Below, piece after piece: positions 1 to 9,628 of a DNA stretch of 64,000 nt. This stretch comes from Candidatus Latescibacterota bacterium. GTDB taxonomy: Bacteria; Latescibacterota; UBA2968; UBA8231. Position numbers and translations under genes: made by a program. Position 1 is the first letter of the stretch. Each line of letters starts with the position of its first letter. Location of the stretch: assembly GCA_965206595.1 (NCBI GenBank), contig OZ242214.1, positions 5,886,675 through 5,950,674 of the forward strand, read 5' to 3'. The notes under the pieces were generated by a model. The model ran no database searches and was not told where the DNA came from. It saw only the letters and a list, made by a program, of their open reading frames with translations.

Positions 1-557
1 CGGACATGATCGTCTTCGGCAAGGCGGCGAGCGCCGGGTACTGCCCGTTGAGCGGGGTGATCATGCGCGGGAAGATCCGCGACAGCTTCCGCGGCAGCGG
101 CGACAGCTTCGCCCACGTCTTCACCTACGTCGACAACCCGGTCGCCATGCGCGTCGGCCTGACGGTGCAGGACATTCTGGAAGAGGAGCAGGTGATCGCC
201 AATGCCGCGGCGACCGGCGCCTACCTGCACGAGCAGGCGCGGCAGCGGCTCGAGCGCCACCCCATTGTCGGGGAAATCCGCGGCAAGGGGATGCTGCTGG
301 GGATCGAGCTGGTCAGGGACCGCGGCACCCGCGAGCCGTTCCCGGCCTCGGATGGGGTTCACAAGCGGATTGTCAGGCTGATGTTCGAGCGCGGACTGTC
401 GGCGTCCGGTACGGGTGGCGCCGCCGACTGGAAGAACGGCGACGACATGCGCTTCTACCCGCCGCTGATCACCACCCCTGCCCAGATCGACGAGGCCCTG
501 GGGATCATCGACGAGGCGCTCGGCCAGCTCGAGGGAGAGCTCGGTGTCGCAGGCTGA
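1..557 (+). CDS. Class-III (PLP-dependent) aminotransferase, C-terminal part; 5' end lies outside the window
   Basis: ORF 6..557 in frame from the window edge; C-terminal fold of omega/acetylornithine-type aminotransferases (…YVDNP…GKGLL…); no start codon upstream inside the window. Confidence 0.75.
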   Translation, partial: DMIVFGKAASAGYCPLSGVIMRGKIRDSFRGSGDSFAHVFTYVDNPVAMRVGLTVQDILEEEQVIANAAATGAYLHEQARQRLERHPIVGEIRGKGMLLGIELVRDRGTREPFPASDGVHKRIVRLMFERGLSASGTGGAADWKNGDDMRFYPPLITTPAQIDEALGIIDEALGQLEGELGVAG

Positions 558-858
558 AACCGCGGGGGCGCGGCGGCTCGGGAAGCTGCGGGAGAGCGAG
601 TACGAGGCCGGACGGTCGTACGGCGATTTCCTCGCGGAGCTGTTCGGGTATCTGGTGGTCGACCCGAAGAAGTTCCGGCGTGCCGCGAAGAAAGTGGCCC
701 CGCTGTTGACCGAGGAAGAGCTTCGCGGTCTCGTGCGGATCGGGCGCGACCTGCCGGCGACGCCGGGGGATTTCGAGGACCGCCTCGAAGAGGTATGCGC
801 CGGCAGGTCGGCCGAGGAGCGCCGCGAGCTGATGCGGTTGTGGCTCCGCTACCTGTAG
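544..858 (+). CDS. Hypothetical protein (104 aa)
   Basis: ORF with protein-like composition; overlaps the aminotransferase stop by 14 nt; no recognisable motif. Confidence 0.35.
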   Translation: MSQAETAGARRLGKLRESEYEAGRSYGDFLAELFGYLVVDPKKFRRAAKKVAPLLTEEELRGLVRIGRDLPATPGDFEDRLEEVCAGRSAEERRELMRLWLRYL

Positions 859-936
859 CAGGTTGTTCCGGTTTTTCCTGAACCGCCTGGGCCGGCTTGG
901 GGAATCGGCTGAAGGCCGGGTGCGGGGTAGGGCTTG

Positions 937-1242
937 CTATCCCGTTTCCAGATGGGGCCGCACCTCCCGATCCAGACGGTCGGACAGTTCGTCCTCTGCT
1001 ACATCGAGCTCATAGTCCATCTGAATCCCCATCCAGAACTGGGACGACATGTTGAAGTAGCGTGCCAGTCGCAGGGCGGTATCGGCAGAAATGCCTCGTT
1101 TCCCCAGGACGATCTCGTTGATTCGCCGGGGAGGCACGCCGATGGCGAGCGCCAGGCGGTTTTGGCTGAGGTTCATCGGCTTGAGGAACTCTTCCAGCAA
1201 AATTTCTCCGGGATGAACGGGAGCCAACTTCCGAGCAGGCAT
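937..1242 (-). CDS. higA: HigA antitoxin (XRE-family HTH)
   Basis: Internal Met start (MPARKLAPVHPGEILLEEFL…) gives ~102 aa; HTH_XRE motif (…QNRLALAIGVPPRRINEIVLGKRGISADTALRLARYF…); lies directly downstream of higB. Confidence 0.8.
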   Translation of the reverse strand: MPARKLAPVHPGEILLEEFLKPMNLSQNRLALAIGVPPRRINEIVLGKRGISADTALRLARYFNMSSQFWMGIQMDYELDVAEDELSDRLDREVRPHLETG

Positions 1243-1252
1243 TTCCTTCTCC

Positions 1253-1534
1253 TCAGTGGTAGTCCACGATCTCAACGTTGTAGGCATCGCCATTTCGCCA
1301 CGTGAAACAGATGCGCCACTGGTCGTTGATTCGAATACTGTACTGGCCCGCCCGATTTCCGCGCAGTTTCTCAAGGCGATTAGCTGGTGGCACGCGAAGA
1401 TCGGACAGGGTGGTTGAGCGATTGAGCATGCGAAGCTTGCGCAGGGCGGGCCGTTGAATATCTGCAGGCAGCTTTCCGGATCGGGTTCGTTGGAATATCC
1501 GTTCGGTCTCTCGATCTCTAAAGGACCGTATCAT
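1253..1534 (-). CDS. higB: HigB toxin (RelE/ParE superfamily, 'killer protein')
   Basis: 93 aa; resembles HigB (…LRVPPANRLEKLRGNRAGQYSIRINDQWRICFTW…EIVDYH); toxin upstream of antitoxin as in hig loci. Confidence 0.8.
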   Translation of the reverse strand: MIRSFRDRETERIFQRTRSGKLPADIQRPALRKLRMLNRSTTLSDLRVPPANRLEKLRGNRAGQYSIRINDQWRICFTWRNGDAYNVEIVDYH

Positions 1535-1638
1535 GTGGATAAAGTATAACTCTTAGCGTTAAACGCAAAAGGTGGTATCCTGAAAAAGCGGATTGGACTG
1601 GTGGAGGCATACGGACTTATTCGCGGAATTTCCCGCGC

Positions 1639-1666
1639 TCAGGACGTGATCAGGACGTGATCAGGA
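1639..1666. repeat. 11-bp tandem repeat (tcaggacgtga x2.5) duplicating the last codons and stop of the CoxIII-like gene
   Basis: Seen directly in sequence. Confidence 0.8.
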
Positions 1667-2189
1667 AGGTCGCGAACATCGCGACCCAGACCGCTTCGAG
1701 AAAATGCCAGTAGGCGGCGCAGCCGCGCACGCTGGGCAGGTGCTCCAGCCCGAGGCGCCCGTACGTGGCGCGCCAGGCGAGAGCGCCCAGCGGCACCAGG
1801 CCGCCGACCACGTGGGCGGCGTGGATGGCGATCAGGCAGAAGGTCACCCCCTCCATGCCGAGATGCGGAGTGCGCAGGGAGAGCTCGTGCTCGTGGAAGA
1901 GGCGCAGGATCGCGTGCGACTGCACCGCGACGAAGGCGATGCTGGCCAGGAAGGTGACCTTCACCCAGCGCCGCACCTCGTCGACAAGGCCCCGGCGCGC
2001 GTTCCAGGCCGCCCTCTCGACAGCCATTCCCGCGAGCAGCAGCAGCGCGGTCGACAGCCACATCGCCAGCGGCGGCGGCTTGCTGACCGGCGGGTACTCG
2101 GGGGGCCGCGACAGGTCGGTCAGGATGAACACCAGCAGCGAGGCGGCGAAGAAGAGGCCGAGCGATACCAGGAACAGGCGCAGCCCCAT
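1650..2189 (-). CDS. Cytochrome c oxidase subunit III-family membrane protein (short ~179 aa form)
   Basis: C-terminal …HAAHVVGG…AAYWHFLEAVWVAMF… matches the CoxIII-family signature (…AAWYWHFVD…); 5 predicted TM helices; start taken as internal Met (MGLRLFLVSL…) because the longer ORF is Pro-rich and overlaps the zeta-toxin gene. Confidence 0.55.
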   Translation of the reverse strand: MGLRLFLVSLGLFFAASLLVFILTDLSRPPEYPPVSKPPPLAMWLSTALLLLAGMAVERAAWNARRGLVDEVRRWVKVTFLASIAFVAVQSHAILRLFHEHELSLRTPHLGMEGVTFCLIAIHAAHVVGGLVPLGALAWRATYGRLGLEHLPSVRGCAAYWHFLEAVWVAMFATFLITS

Positions 2190-2406
2190 GCGCCGGAGCG
2201 AGCCGGCGTCCGGAAGGGGGGCCCTGGGCGTTCGCGGCGCGGGGTCACCGGGCAGTGGTTCGTCTTCGGGAGGTTGTTCCGGGGGAGGTGCCAAGGGGGC
2301 CTTCGCAGGTGCGGTCCGGTAGCGCCTATCCGGTATATTTAAGGAAAAACCTCGGCAGGCGGACCGGTTTTGTTGAGAACTTCTAAGGAGTTGGGGATAT
2401 GAGCCG

Positions 2407-3132
2407 ATGAACTCGGACCGGAAGATCATCATCATCGCCGGACCCAACGGCGCCGGAAAAACGACCTTCGCACGGGAGCATTTACCTCGCGAGGCCGAAT
2501 GTCCCACCTTCGTCAACGCGGATTTGATCGCAACGGGCCTGTCCCCTTTTCAGCCGGAGGTCGCCTTTTTTCGGGCCGCCCGGTTGATGTTGGAGGAAAT
2601 CGGCAACCATGTGCAGCAGCGTAGAAGTTTTGCCTTTGAAACCACCTTGTCCGGTCTTGGCTATGCCAGAATGATCCCGCGCTGGCGCGGTGACGGTTAT
2701 ACGGTGAAGCTGATATTTCTGGCGCTGGCAACGCCGGAAGAAGCGATCAAGCGGGTTGAATTGCGCGTCAGGCAAGGCGGCCACAATGTCCCGCCGGACG
2801 TCATTCGCCGGCGCTTTGCGACCGGTTTCAAGAACTTTAAGAATAGGCACCGCCATATCGTCAATTATTGGCAGTGGTTCGACAACAGTGGCCTTATTCC
2901 CACATTGATTGATAAGGGAGAAAACCCGGTGACTGAACGAACCCGAGAAGTCCCTGTCTCGCAACATGGCGACAAGGAAACGCAGGATGTCCTTAACGCG
3001 CTACATCGTGCCGCCAGACGCGCACATAGGATCGCACACCAGCACCAGACCGGGGTGGTCGTTATGCGAGATGGCAAGGTCGTTGAAATTGAGCCGGATC
3101 CCGAGATGTACTGCGAGCATCGGGAGAAATAG
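2407..3132 (+). CDS. Zeta-toxin family P-loop kinase (AAA_33/Zeta_toxin-like), 241 aa
   Basis: Walker A IIIIAGPNGAGKTTF; zeta-toxin-like core; no epsilon-like antitoxin ORF upstream; stop overlaps the GTG of the Fic fragment (TAGTG). Confidence 0.7.
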   Translation: MNSDRKIIIIAGPNGAGKTTFAREHLPREAECPTFVNADLIATGLSPFQPEVAFFRAARLMLEEIGNHVQQRRSFAFETTLSGLGYARMIPRWRGDGYTVKLIFLALATPEEAIKRVELRVRQGGHNVPPDVIRRRFATGFKNFKNRHRHIVNYWQWFDNSGLIPTLIDKGENPVTERTREVPVSQHGDKETQDVLNALHRAARRAHRIAHQHQTGVVVMRDGKVVEIEPDPEMYCEHREK

Positions 3133-3265
3133 TGCAACAGGGCGTTGAACAATTGAAATAGGCGCCTCCATACCTGTTCACCCCGGAGATACTGTCCTTG
3201 GTGGAGCGGATCGGCGAGGGAATCGGGCGGGCACTATGCTTCCGGGGTCGCGCAGGACCTGTGGA
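3132..3265 (+). pseudogene. Fic/Doc gene 5' fragment (first ~45 codons, premature stop)
   Basis: ~85% nt identity to the 5' end of the Fic gene at 4667 and to the remnant at 9236; reading frame closes after 9 codons. Confidence 0.6.
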
Positions 3266-3299
3266 CCTGCTTCTCCTTTGCCTGACGAGTGGCAAATGA

Positions 3300-4439
3300 C
3301 GATATGAACCCCCCATCCTTCTCCGACCTCCTCGCCTGTGGCCATTTCGACAAGCAGCCCTGTGAGCATTTTTCCATGGAGAACGACCTTGATGACGGGA
3401 CCTGGGCGCGGTTCAGCGGACGCGCCAAGATCCCGGAGGCGATGGATAGGGTAGAGTGGCCCTCCGAAACCTCGGCCTGATCGACGCGCAAGACCGCATG
3501 ACCCACGCCGGGGCATGGCTTGTTGCACGAGACATTCGGACGTTCACGACCAGTGCCCACGTGTCCTGTGCCCTGTTCATGGGCACCGAGAAGGTCAGGA
3601 TTCTCGACCGGCGGAACTTCCACAGCGACATCCCGGCGATGATTGACGAGGTAGTGGCCTGGATTCTCACCAAAATCAATGTCGAATTCATCATCAGGCA
3701 CGTGAGGCGGGAGGAACGGCCGGAATTGCCCGAAGAAGCCCTTCGGGAAGCGGTGGTGAATGCCGTTGCACACCGCGACTACCGCTCGACCGCAAACGTC
3801 CGGATTTACGTCTTCAAGGATCGGATCGAAATCGTCAGTCCAGGCGGGTTGCCCGAAGGGATGGGGGAAGCGGATCTGGGCACCAAGAGCGTCCCCCGCA
3901 ATCCGCTGCTGTTCGGCATGTTGTACCGAATGGATGTGGTGGAGCAGATCGGTTCCGGCATTCGGCGCATTCGGGAGCAATGTCGAGAGCACGGGGTGGC
4001 GGAGCCGGTGATCGAGGTGTCCGAGCACTGGGTTACCACAACCTTCAGGCGCCCGGTCGCAGACGTCGGGAGCAAGTCGGGGGCAAGTGGGGACCAGGTC
4101 GACAACGCCATATCTGACAATACGTTACAATATTCGGGGAACCCTCCCGGGGATTCGACCTTACAAGTGGAGGACCAGATCGGAACCAAGCAAGCACTAA
4201 GTAGGCACCAAGTTGGAATTCTCCGTAACTCCTTGAACGAGCAGGCAATTACGGAGTTGATGGTACTGGCGGGGAAAAAAGATCGCACCAAGTTCAGGAA
4301 CCAAGTGCTCAGGCCCCTGCTGGAGGAGGGGTTGCTGGAGATGACCGTCCCCGACAAGCCCCGAAGCAGCAAGCAGAAGTACCGGGTGACGGCACGGGGC
4401 AGGGACCTGTTGGCGGAGTTGGACAGAAAGCCGGATTGA
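3300..4439 (+). pseudogene. 5'-truncated and frameshifted copy of the AlbA_2/HATPase_c_4 (RecG-C-terminal-like) gene
   Basis: ORFs 3289..3480 and 3456..4439 together align to residues ~115-488 of the full copy at 5565..7031 (…VNAVAHRDYRSTANV…VEQIGSGIRRIREQC…); N-terminal AlbA_2 domain absent; C-terminal wHTH tail differs and is AT-richer. Confidence 0.6.
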
Positions 4440-4489
4440 CCCATTCCTGCACGGTGCCGGCGAAGAGGATCAGGATGAAGTTCCAGGAG

Positions 4490-4667
4490 CTGGGGCTATG
4501 AGGCGATGCACCCGGACCGGAATACCATCACCATCGCCGGACGACCTTTGCATGGGAGCATTACCCCGCGGAGCCGAATGTCACACTTGGTTGTGGTTAT
4601 GGAAAAAGGCAAGGTCGTAGAAATCGAGCCGGATCCCGAGATGTACGGCGAGCATCCGGAGAAATAG
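4490..4667 (+). pseudogene. Remnant of a zeta-toxin gene (P-loop deleted, large internal deletion)
   Basis: Homologous to the 5' end (incl. upstream 'ggggatatgag…') and last ~80 nt of the gene at 2407..3132; 20-nt P-loop-coding deletion and ~0.5-kb internal deletion. Confidence 0.6.
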
Positions 4668-5442
4668 TGCAACAGGTTGCAGCACAATTGAACGAGGCGC
4701 CCCCATACCGGATCACCCCCGAGATCCTGTCCCTGGTGGAGCGGATCGGCGAGGGCATCGGGTGGGCGGAGGCTTCCGGCGTCGCGCAGGATCTGCGGCT
4801 GCGGCGTATCAACCGCATCCGCACGATACAGGGATCGCTGGCGATCGAGGGGAACACCCTGACCGAGGGACAGATATCAACGCTGCTGGATGGCAAACCG
4901 GTTGCCGGACCCCTGCGGGAAATCCGGGAAGCTCGCAACGCCATCAAGGCGTGCGACGTGTACGAGGCGTGGGATCCGGCAAACGAGGCCGACCTCCTTG
5001 AGGCGCACCGCATCCTGATGGCCGGCCTGCTGGACAGGCCGGGGAGTTACCGCCGCGGCGGGGTTATGGTCGGAGGACCTGGAGGGGTCCATCACGTCGG
5101 CCCGCCGCCGGCGCGGGTGCCGGAGCAGATGGGGAGGCTGCTGGAGTGGGTGGGAAGTGCCGGAGAGCATCCGCTGATTTCCAGTTCGGTCTTTCTCATT
5201 ACGAGTTCGAGTTCATCCATCCCTTCGAGGACGGCAACGGCCGCATGGGTCGGCTATGGCAGACGCTGATCCTGACGCGCTGGCGGGACCTGTTCGCTCA
5301 TCTTCCGGTGGAGAGCCTCGTTCACGCCCGTCAGAGCGCTTACTATGCCGCCATCCGCGAGAGCTCGGCCGCGGGGGAGAGCACGCCCTTCATCGTATTC
5401 ATGCTGGAAATCATCCGGCTTGCCGTTACGGAGCAGACCTGA
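4667..5442 (+). pseudogene. Fic/Doc family protein (AMPylator-type), interrupted by a frameshift near 5200
   Basis: ORF 4667..5269 (frame 2) continues as ORF 5146..5442 (frame 1), which holds the Fic motif HPFEDGNGRMGR; frameshift in a T/C-rich stretch. Confidence 0.7.
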
Positions 5443-5469
5443 GCGGGGATGTGAACTTTGCCGGGAGCT

Positions 5470-5555
5470 CTGCTGGAGATTACCGTCCCGGACAGCAGCT
5501 GAAGTACCGAGTGACGGCAAGAGACAGGGACCTGTTGGCGGCGTTGGACAGATGA
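5470..5555 (+). pseudogene. 3'-terminal remnant of an AlbA_2/HATPase_c_4 gene
   Basis: …QQLKYRVTARDRDLLAALDR* matches the C-terminus of the copy at 3300..4439 (…KQKYRVTARGRDLLAELDRKPD). Confidence 0.5.
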
Positions 5556-5564
5556 GTACCCGTT

Positions 5565-7031
5565 ATGAATGAAACCCTCCTCAGCCTGATCACCCTCGGC
5601 GAAGGCTTCACAACGGAGTTCAAGCGCTCTTTCCCCTCCGACCTGGGCACCGAAATCTGCGCCTTCGCGAATTCCACGGGCGGCGTAATTCTGCTCGGCG
5701 TGACGAACGAAGGGGAGACCGTAGGCATTGGGAACCACAACAAGCTGAAATCGCAGGTCCAGTCTACCGCGCGTTCGGCGGAGCCACCGATTGCGGTCGA
5801 AGTGGAATCCGCCGGCGACGTGCTCTGCGTGACCGTGCCCGAACAGCACGGGAAGCCCTATTCCTTCGGCGGAAGGTTCTACATCCGCGAAGGGGCCAAT
5901 TCTCAGCAGATGTCCCGCGACGAAATCCGGGAGTTCTTCTACAAGGAAGGACTCATTCGCTTCGACGAGACGCCTTGCCAGCGCTTCGATCTCCAACGCG
6001 ATCTGACGCCGGAAGCGTGGTCTCGATTCGCCGGGCGGGCTCGAATTCCTGACGGCATGGAGCCGCTGACGGCGCTGGAAAACCTGCATCTTGTCGTTGA
6101 TGGAAAGATGACCCACGCCGGAGCGTGGCTGCTGGCGGACGATATCACCCGGTACAGCTTGCAGGCAGGGGTGACCTGCGCCCTGCTGCGGGGGGTGACC
6201 AAGACGCACATTCTCGATCTCAAGAACTTCACCGGCGATCTCTACTCGATCTACGAGGATTGTGTGGCCTACGCACAGGCCAAACTGAACACGGCGCTGA
6301 TGCCGCACGTTCGCGGCAGGGATGAGCGTCTGGAGCTGCCCGAGGACGCGATTCGCGAAGTATTGGTGAACGCCATCGCGCACCGGGACTATCGATCTAC
6401 CGCCAACGTGCAGATGTACGTGTTCCACGACCGGTTGGAAATCGTGACGCCGGGCGGGTTGCCCGCAGGAATGCGCGAAGAGGATCTGGGCGTCAAGAGC
6501 GTGCCGCGGAACCGGTTGCTGTTCGGGATGTTTCACCGCATGGGGATGGTGGAGCAGATCGGCAGCGGAATCAGGCGCATTCGACAGGAGTGCCGCGACT
6601 ACGGGGTGGCGGAACCGGTGATCGAGGTATCCGAGCACTGGGTGACCATGACCTTTCAAAGGCCGTCCGCACAAATCGGTGAGCAAGTCACGGCGCATGT
6701 CAGGGACCGAGTCCATGCAGGGCCAGAGTCAGGGCCAGAGTCAGGGCCAGAGTCAGGGCCAGAGTCAGGGCCAGAGTCAGGGCCAGAGTCAGGGCCAGAG
6801 TCACTGGAACTGCGCGTCCTGGCGCTGCTGATCGAAGAACCTCTTTCGAGATCCGCCATAGCTGATGGTTTGGGACACCAATCCGTGTCGGCCGGCCTCA
6901 ACAGAGTGATCCGCAACCTGGTGCGTGACAGGCGTATTGCGTACACGGTCCCGGACAAGCCGGGCAGCAGGCTTCAGAAGTACCGGATTACGCCAGCCGG
7001 GAGATCGGCGCTCGAAGAGCCAGCCAAGTGA
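5565..7031 (+). CDS. AlbA_2 (divergent AAA-4) + HATPase_c_4 + C-terminal wHTH protein (RecG C-terminal-like / Schlafen-like putative DNA-binding ATPase), 488 aa
   Basis: N-terminal …TEFKRSF…GGVILLGV… (AlbA_2-like); central …VNAIAHRDYRSTANVQMYVF…MVEQIGSGIRRIRQEC… (HATPase_c_4-like); stops 22 nt before hsdM. Confidence 0.7.
   Translation: MNETLLSLITLGEGFTTEFKRSFPSDLGTEICAFANSTGGVILLGVTNEGETVGIGNHNKLKSQVQSTARSAEPPIAVEVESAGDVLCVTVPEQHGKPYSFGGRFYIREGANSQQMSRDEIREFFYKEGLIRFDETPCQRFDLQRDLTPEAWSRFAGRARIPDGMEPLTALENLHLVVDGKMTHAGAWLLADDITRYSLQAGVTCALLRGVTKTHILDLKNFTGDLYSIYEDCVAYAQAKLNTALMPHVRGRDERLELPEDAIREVLVNAIAHRDYRSTANVQMYVFHDRLEIVTPGGLPAGMREEDLGVKSVPRNRLLFGMFHRMGMVEQIGSGIRRIRQECRDYGVAEPVIEVSEHWVTMTFQRPSAQIGEQVTAHVRDRVHAGPESGPESGPESGPESGPESGPESGPESLELRVLALLIEEPLSRSAIADGLGHQSVSAGLNRVIRNLVRDRRIAYTVPDKPGSRLQKYRITPAGRSALEEPAK
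6721..6804 (+). repeat. In-frame 12-bp tandem repeat (ggccagagtcag x7) encoding (GPES)7
   Basis: Seen directly; perfect copies, last unit ends in c; lies in the linker before the C-terminal wHTH of the 5565..7031 protein. Confidence 0.95.
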
Positions 7032-7053
7032 GCCTCTCCCCCTGACAACACTC

Positions 7054-9169
7054 ATGTCCCAACTCGAACATATCGACGCCATCGAGAAGCGCCTCTGGGA
7101 AGCGGCGGACACGCTGCGGGCAAACTCCCCATACGCCAGCAACGAGTACTTCCTGCCGGTCATGGGCCTGGTGTTTCTGCGCCACGCCTACAGCCGCTAC
7201 CTGGCGGTCAAGGACAAAGTCGAAGCCAGCCTGCCGACCCGGGGCGGCAGGAAACGGGCGCCGACCAAGGAGGACTATTCCCGGCAGAGCGCCATCTTCC
7301 TGCGCCCCGAGGCCCAATTCGACAATCTGGTTGGCCTGCCGGACGGAGAGGACCGCGCCAAGGCCGTCATCGCGGCGATGGACTCCATCGAGGAGGATTA
7401 CCACAGCCTGCGCGGCGCCCTTCCCAAGGCCGAGTACCAGGAGCTGGACAACGACGTGCTCGGCCAGCTCCTGCGCACGCTCAACCCCGACCAGCTGAAG
7501 CAGGTCTCGGGCGACGTTTTCGGACGCATCTACGAGTATTTCCTGACCAAGTTTGCGGATTTGAAAGCCCACGACGACGGCGAGTTCTTCACCCCCGTGT
7601 CGCTGGTCTCGCTGATCGCTCATGTGCTCGACCCCGACCGCGGCACCGTGCTCGACCCGGCCTGCGGTTCCGGCGGCATGTTCGTGCAGAGCGCCCGCAC
7701 CGTGGAGGAGCACGGCAGCAGCCCTGCCGAGCGGCTTACCTTCCGCGGCCTGGAGAAGAACGCCACCACCATCCGCATCGCCCGGATGAACCTCGCCGTC
7801 CACGGCCTCGAGGGGGACATCCGGCAGGCGATCACCTACTACGAGGATCCGCATCAAATGGTGGGAAAGGCCGACTACGTGATGGCCAATCCTCCCTTCA
7901 ACGTCGACGAGATCGACGCCGACAAGGTGGAGACCGACCCGCGCCTGCCGTTCGGCCTGCCGGGAGTCAACAAGAAGGAGAAGGTCTCGAACGGCAACTA
8001 CGTCTGGATCAGCTACTTCTACAGCTACCTGAACGAGAAGGGGCGGGCCGGCTTCGTCATGTCGTCGCAGGCATCCAGCGCCGGCGGGACCGAGGCGCAG
8101 GTGCGGCGGAAGCTGATCGAGTCCGGCGACGTCGACGTGATGATCGCGGTGCGCTCCAACTTCTTCTACACCCGCACCGTGCCCTGCGAGTTGTGGTTCC
8201 TCAACCGCAACAAGCCCGGGGAGTTTCGCGACAAGGTGCTGATGATCGACGCCCGCGATGTCTATCGAAAGGTCACCCGCAAGATCTACGACTTCAGCCC
8301 CGAGCAGGAGCAGAACCTGCTGGCCATCGTCTGGCTCTACCGGGGCGAAACGGAGCGCTATCTCGATCTCGTCTCCCAGTACCTGTGGGACGTTGCCGAG
8401 AATGGAAGGGCCTGTTACGAAGGGATGAGCGTAAACGGCAGGACCTGCCGGCCGCTGCCGGAGTTCATGGAAGCCGTCGCCGCGCTCCGGGAGGACCTGT
8501 CCCCGTTCCTGAAGACCCGGCCGAGGATCGGCCCGCACGCCGAAATCTTCGCCGAGCTGGCGAAGGAGCAGAAGCAGTTCGGAGGCATCCTCAGGAGGTT
8601 CCAGGCTCGGGCCGCCAAGGCGCAGGAACAGTGGGAGCGGGCTCCCGGCACCAGCGCCGGATTGAACAAGCTGGTGGAGCGGTTCGCACCGGCTGGCTGA
8701 GAGCAGCCGCGACCTCGCCGGGCAGTCCGACCAGCTCTACAAGCTCGCCAACCGCCTGATCGAGACCTGCGAGCAGGAGGAGGACGCGAAGGCGAGCGAC
8801 GCCTGGAACGGCCGCGGTATTACCCGGGCCAGGAAAGCGGTCGACGATGCCCGCCGGCAGGCCATCGAGCAGCTCGAACAGGTGCACTACTTCCACCGGC
8901 AGGCGCGCTGGCTCACGGAGCGCTTCCCCGAGGGAGAGTTGCGCGACGTGGAAGGGCTGGTCAAGCTGGTGGACCGCGCCGAGATCGAGGCCAACGACTG
9001 GAGCCTGACTCCGGGCCGCTACGTCGGCGTCGCCCCCGAGGAGGAGGAGGAAGGGTTCGACTTCAAGGAAGCACTTCGAGAGATCCACCTTGAGCTGGAG
9101 GACCTCAACGCCGAGGCAGTGGTGCTGGCGGAGAAGATCAGAAAGAACTTCGAGGAGCTGGGGGTATGA
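7054..9169 (+). pseudogene. hsdM: Type I restriction-modification N6-adenine methyltransferase HsdM, interrupted by a 4-bp tandem duplication (GGCT)2 at 8691-8698
   Basis: MSQLEHIDAIEKRLWEAADTLR… N-terminus and NPPF motif (VMANPPFN); frame 1 stops at 8700; C-terminal ~168 codons (…DWSLTPGRYVGV…) continue open in the +1 frame from 8666 to 9169; deleting one GGCT unit restores one 704-aa ORF. Confidence 0.8.
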
Positions 9170-9235
9170 AGAAGCGAACCAATCTGCGGCCGGGGGGTTT
9201 CGGCGCGGCACACTGGCACTGCCGCCATAAGAAAC

Positions 9236-9492
9236 AGGCTGTTGCACAATTGAACGAGGCACCCCAATACCGGATCACCCCCCAGATACGGTCCCTGGTG
9301 GATCGGATCGGGGAGGGCATAGGGCGGGGCGAAGGCTTCCGGCGTTGCGCAGGACCTGCGGGTTCGGTGTATCAACCGCCCACCAGAGCGCGAACTCTTC
9401 CGCCGACCGGGAGAGCTCGGCGGAAGAGTTCGGCCTTTATCGTATTCATGCTGGAGATCAACCCGTTTGCGGTGCCGGGGGATCAGACATGA
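9236..9492 (+). pseudogene. Fic/Doc gene remnant (5' ~50 codons joined to 3' ~20 codons, internal deletion)
   Basis: ORF 9166..9492: …QAVAQLNEAPQYRITPQIRSLVDRIGEGIG… plus …FIVFMLEI… match the N- and C-termini of the Fic gene at 4667..5442. Confidence 0.6.
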
Positions 9493-9628
9493 GGGACAGC
9501 TACTGCGGGGACTTTCTCACCATCTGTCGAAACGACCTTGGAAAGAGCGCATTTACAGTTGATGGATGTGTGCGAGGGGTCATATTGATGACCGTACGCA
9601 TCCTATGGGGTCCAACGGAGTTTGATCG

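Noticed and set aside
2189-2516. N-terminal 109-codon extension of the CoxIII-like ORF (1650..2516)
   Set aside because: Pro-rich low-complexity sequence that overlaps the zeta-toxin gene; the conserved membrane domain starts at the internal Met.
6721-6804. Possible CRISPR array or minisatellite
   Set aside because: 12-bp units with no spacers, inside a coding frame; a simple in-frame tandem repeat, not CRISPR.
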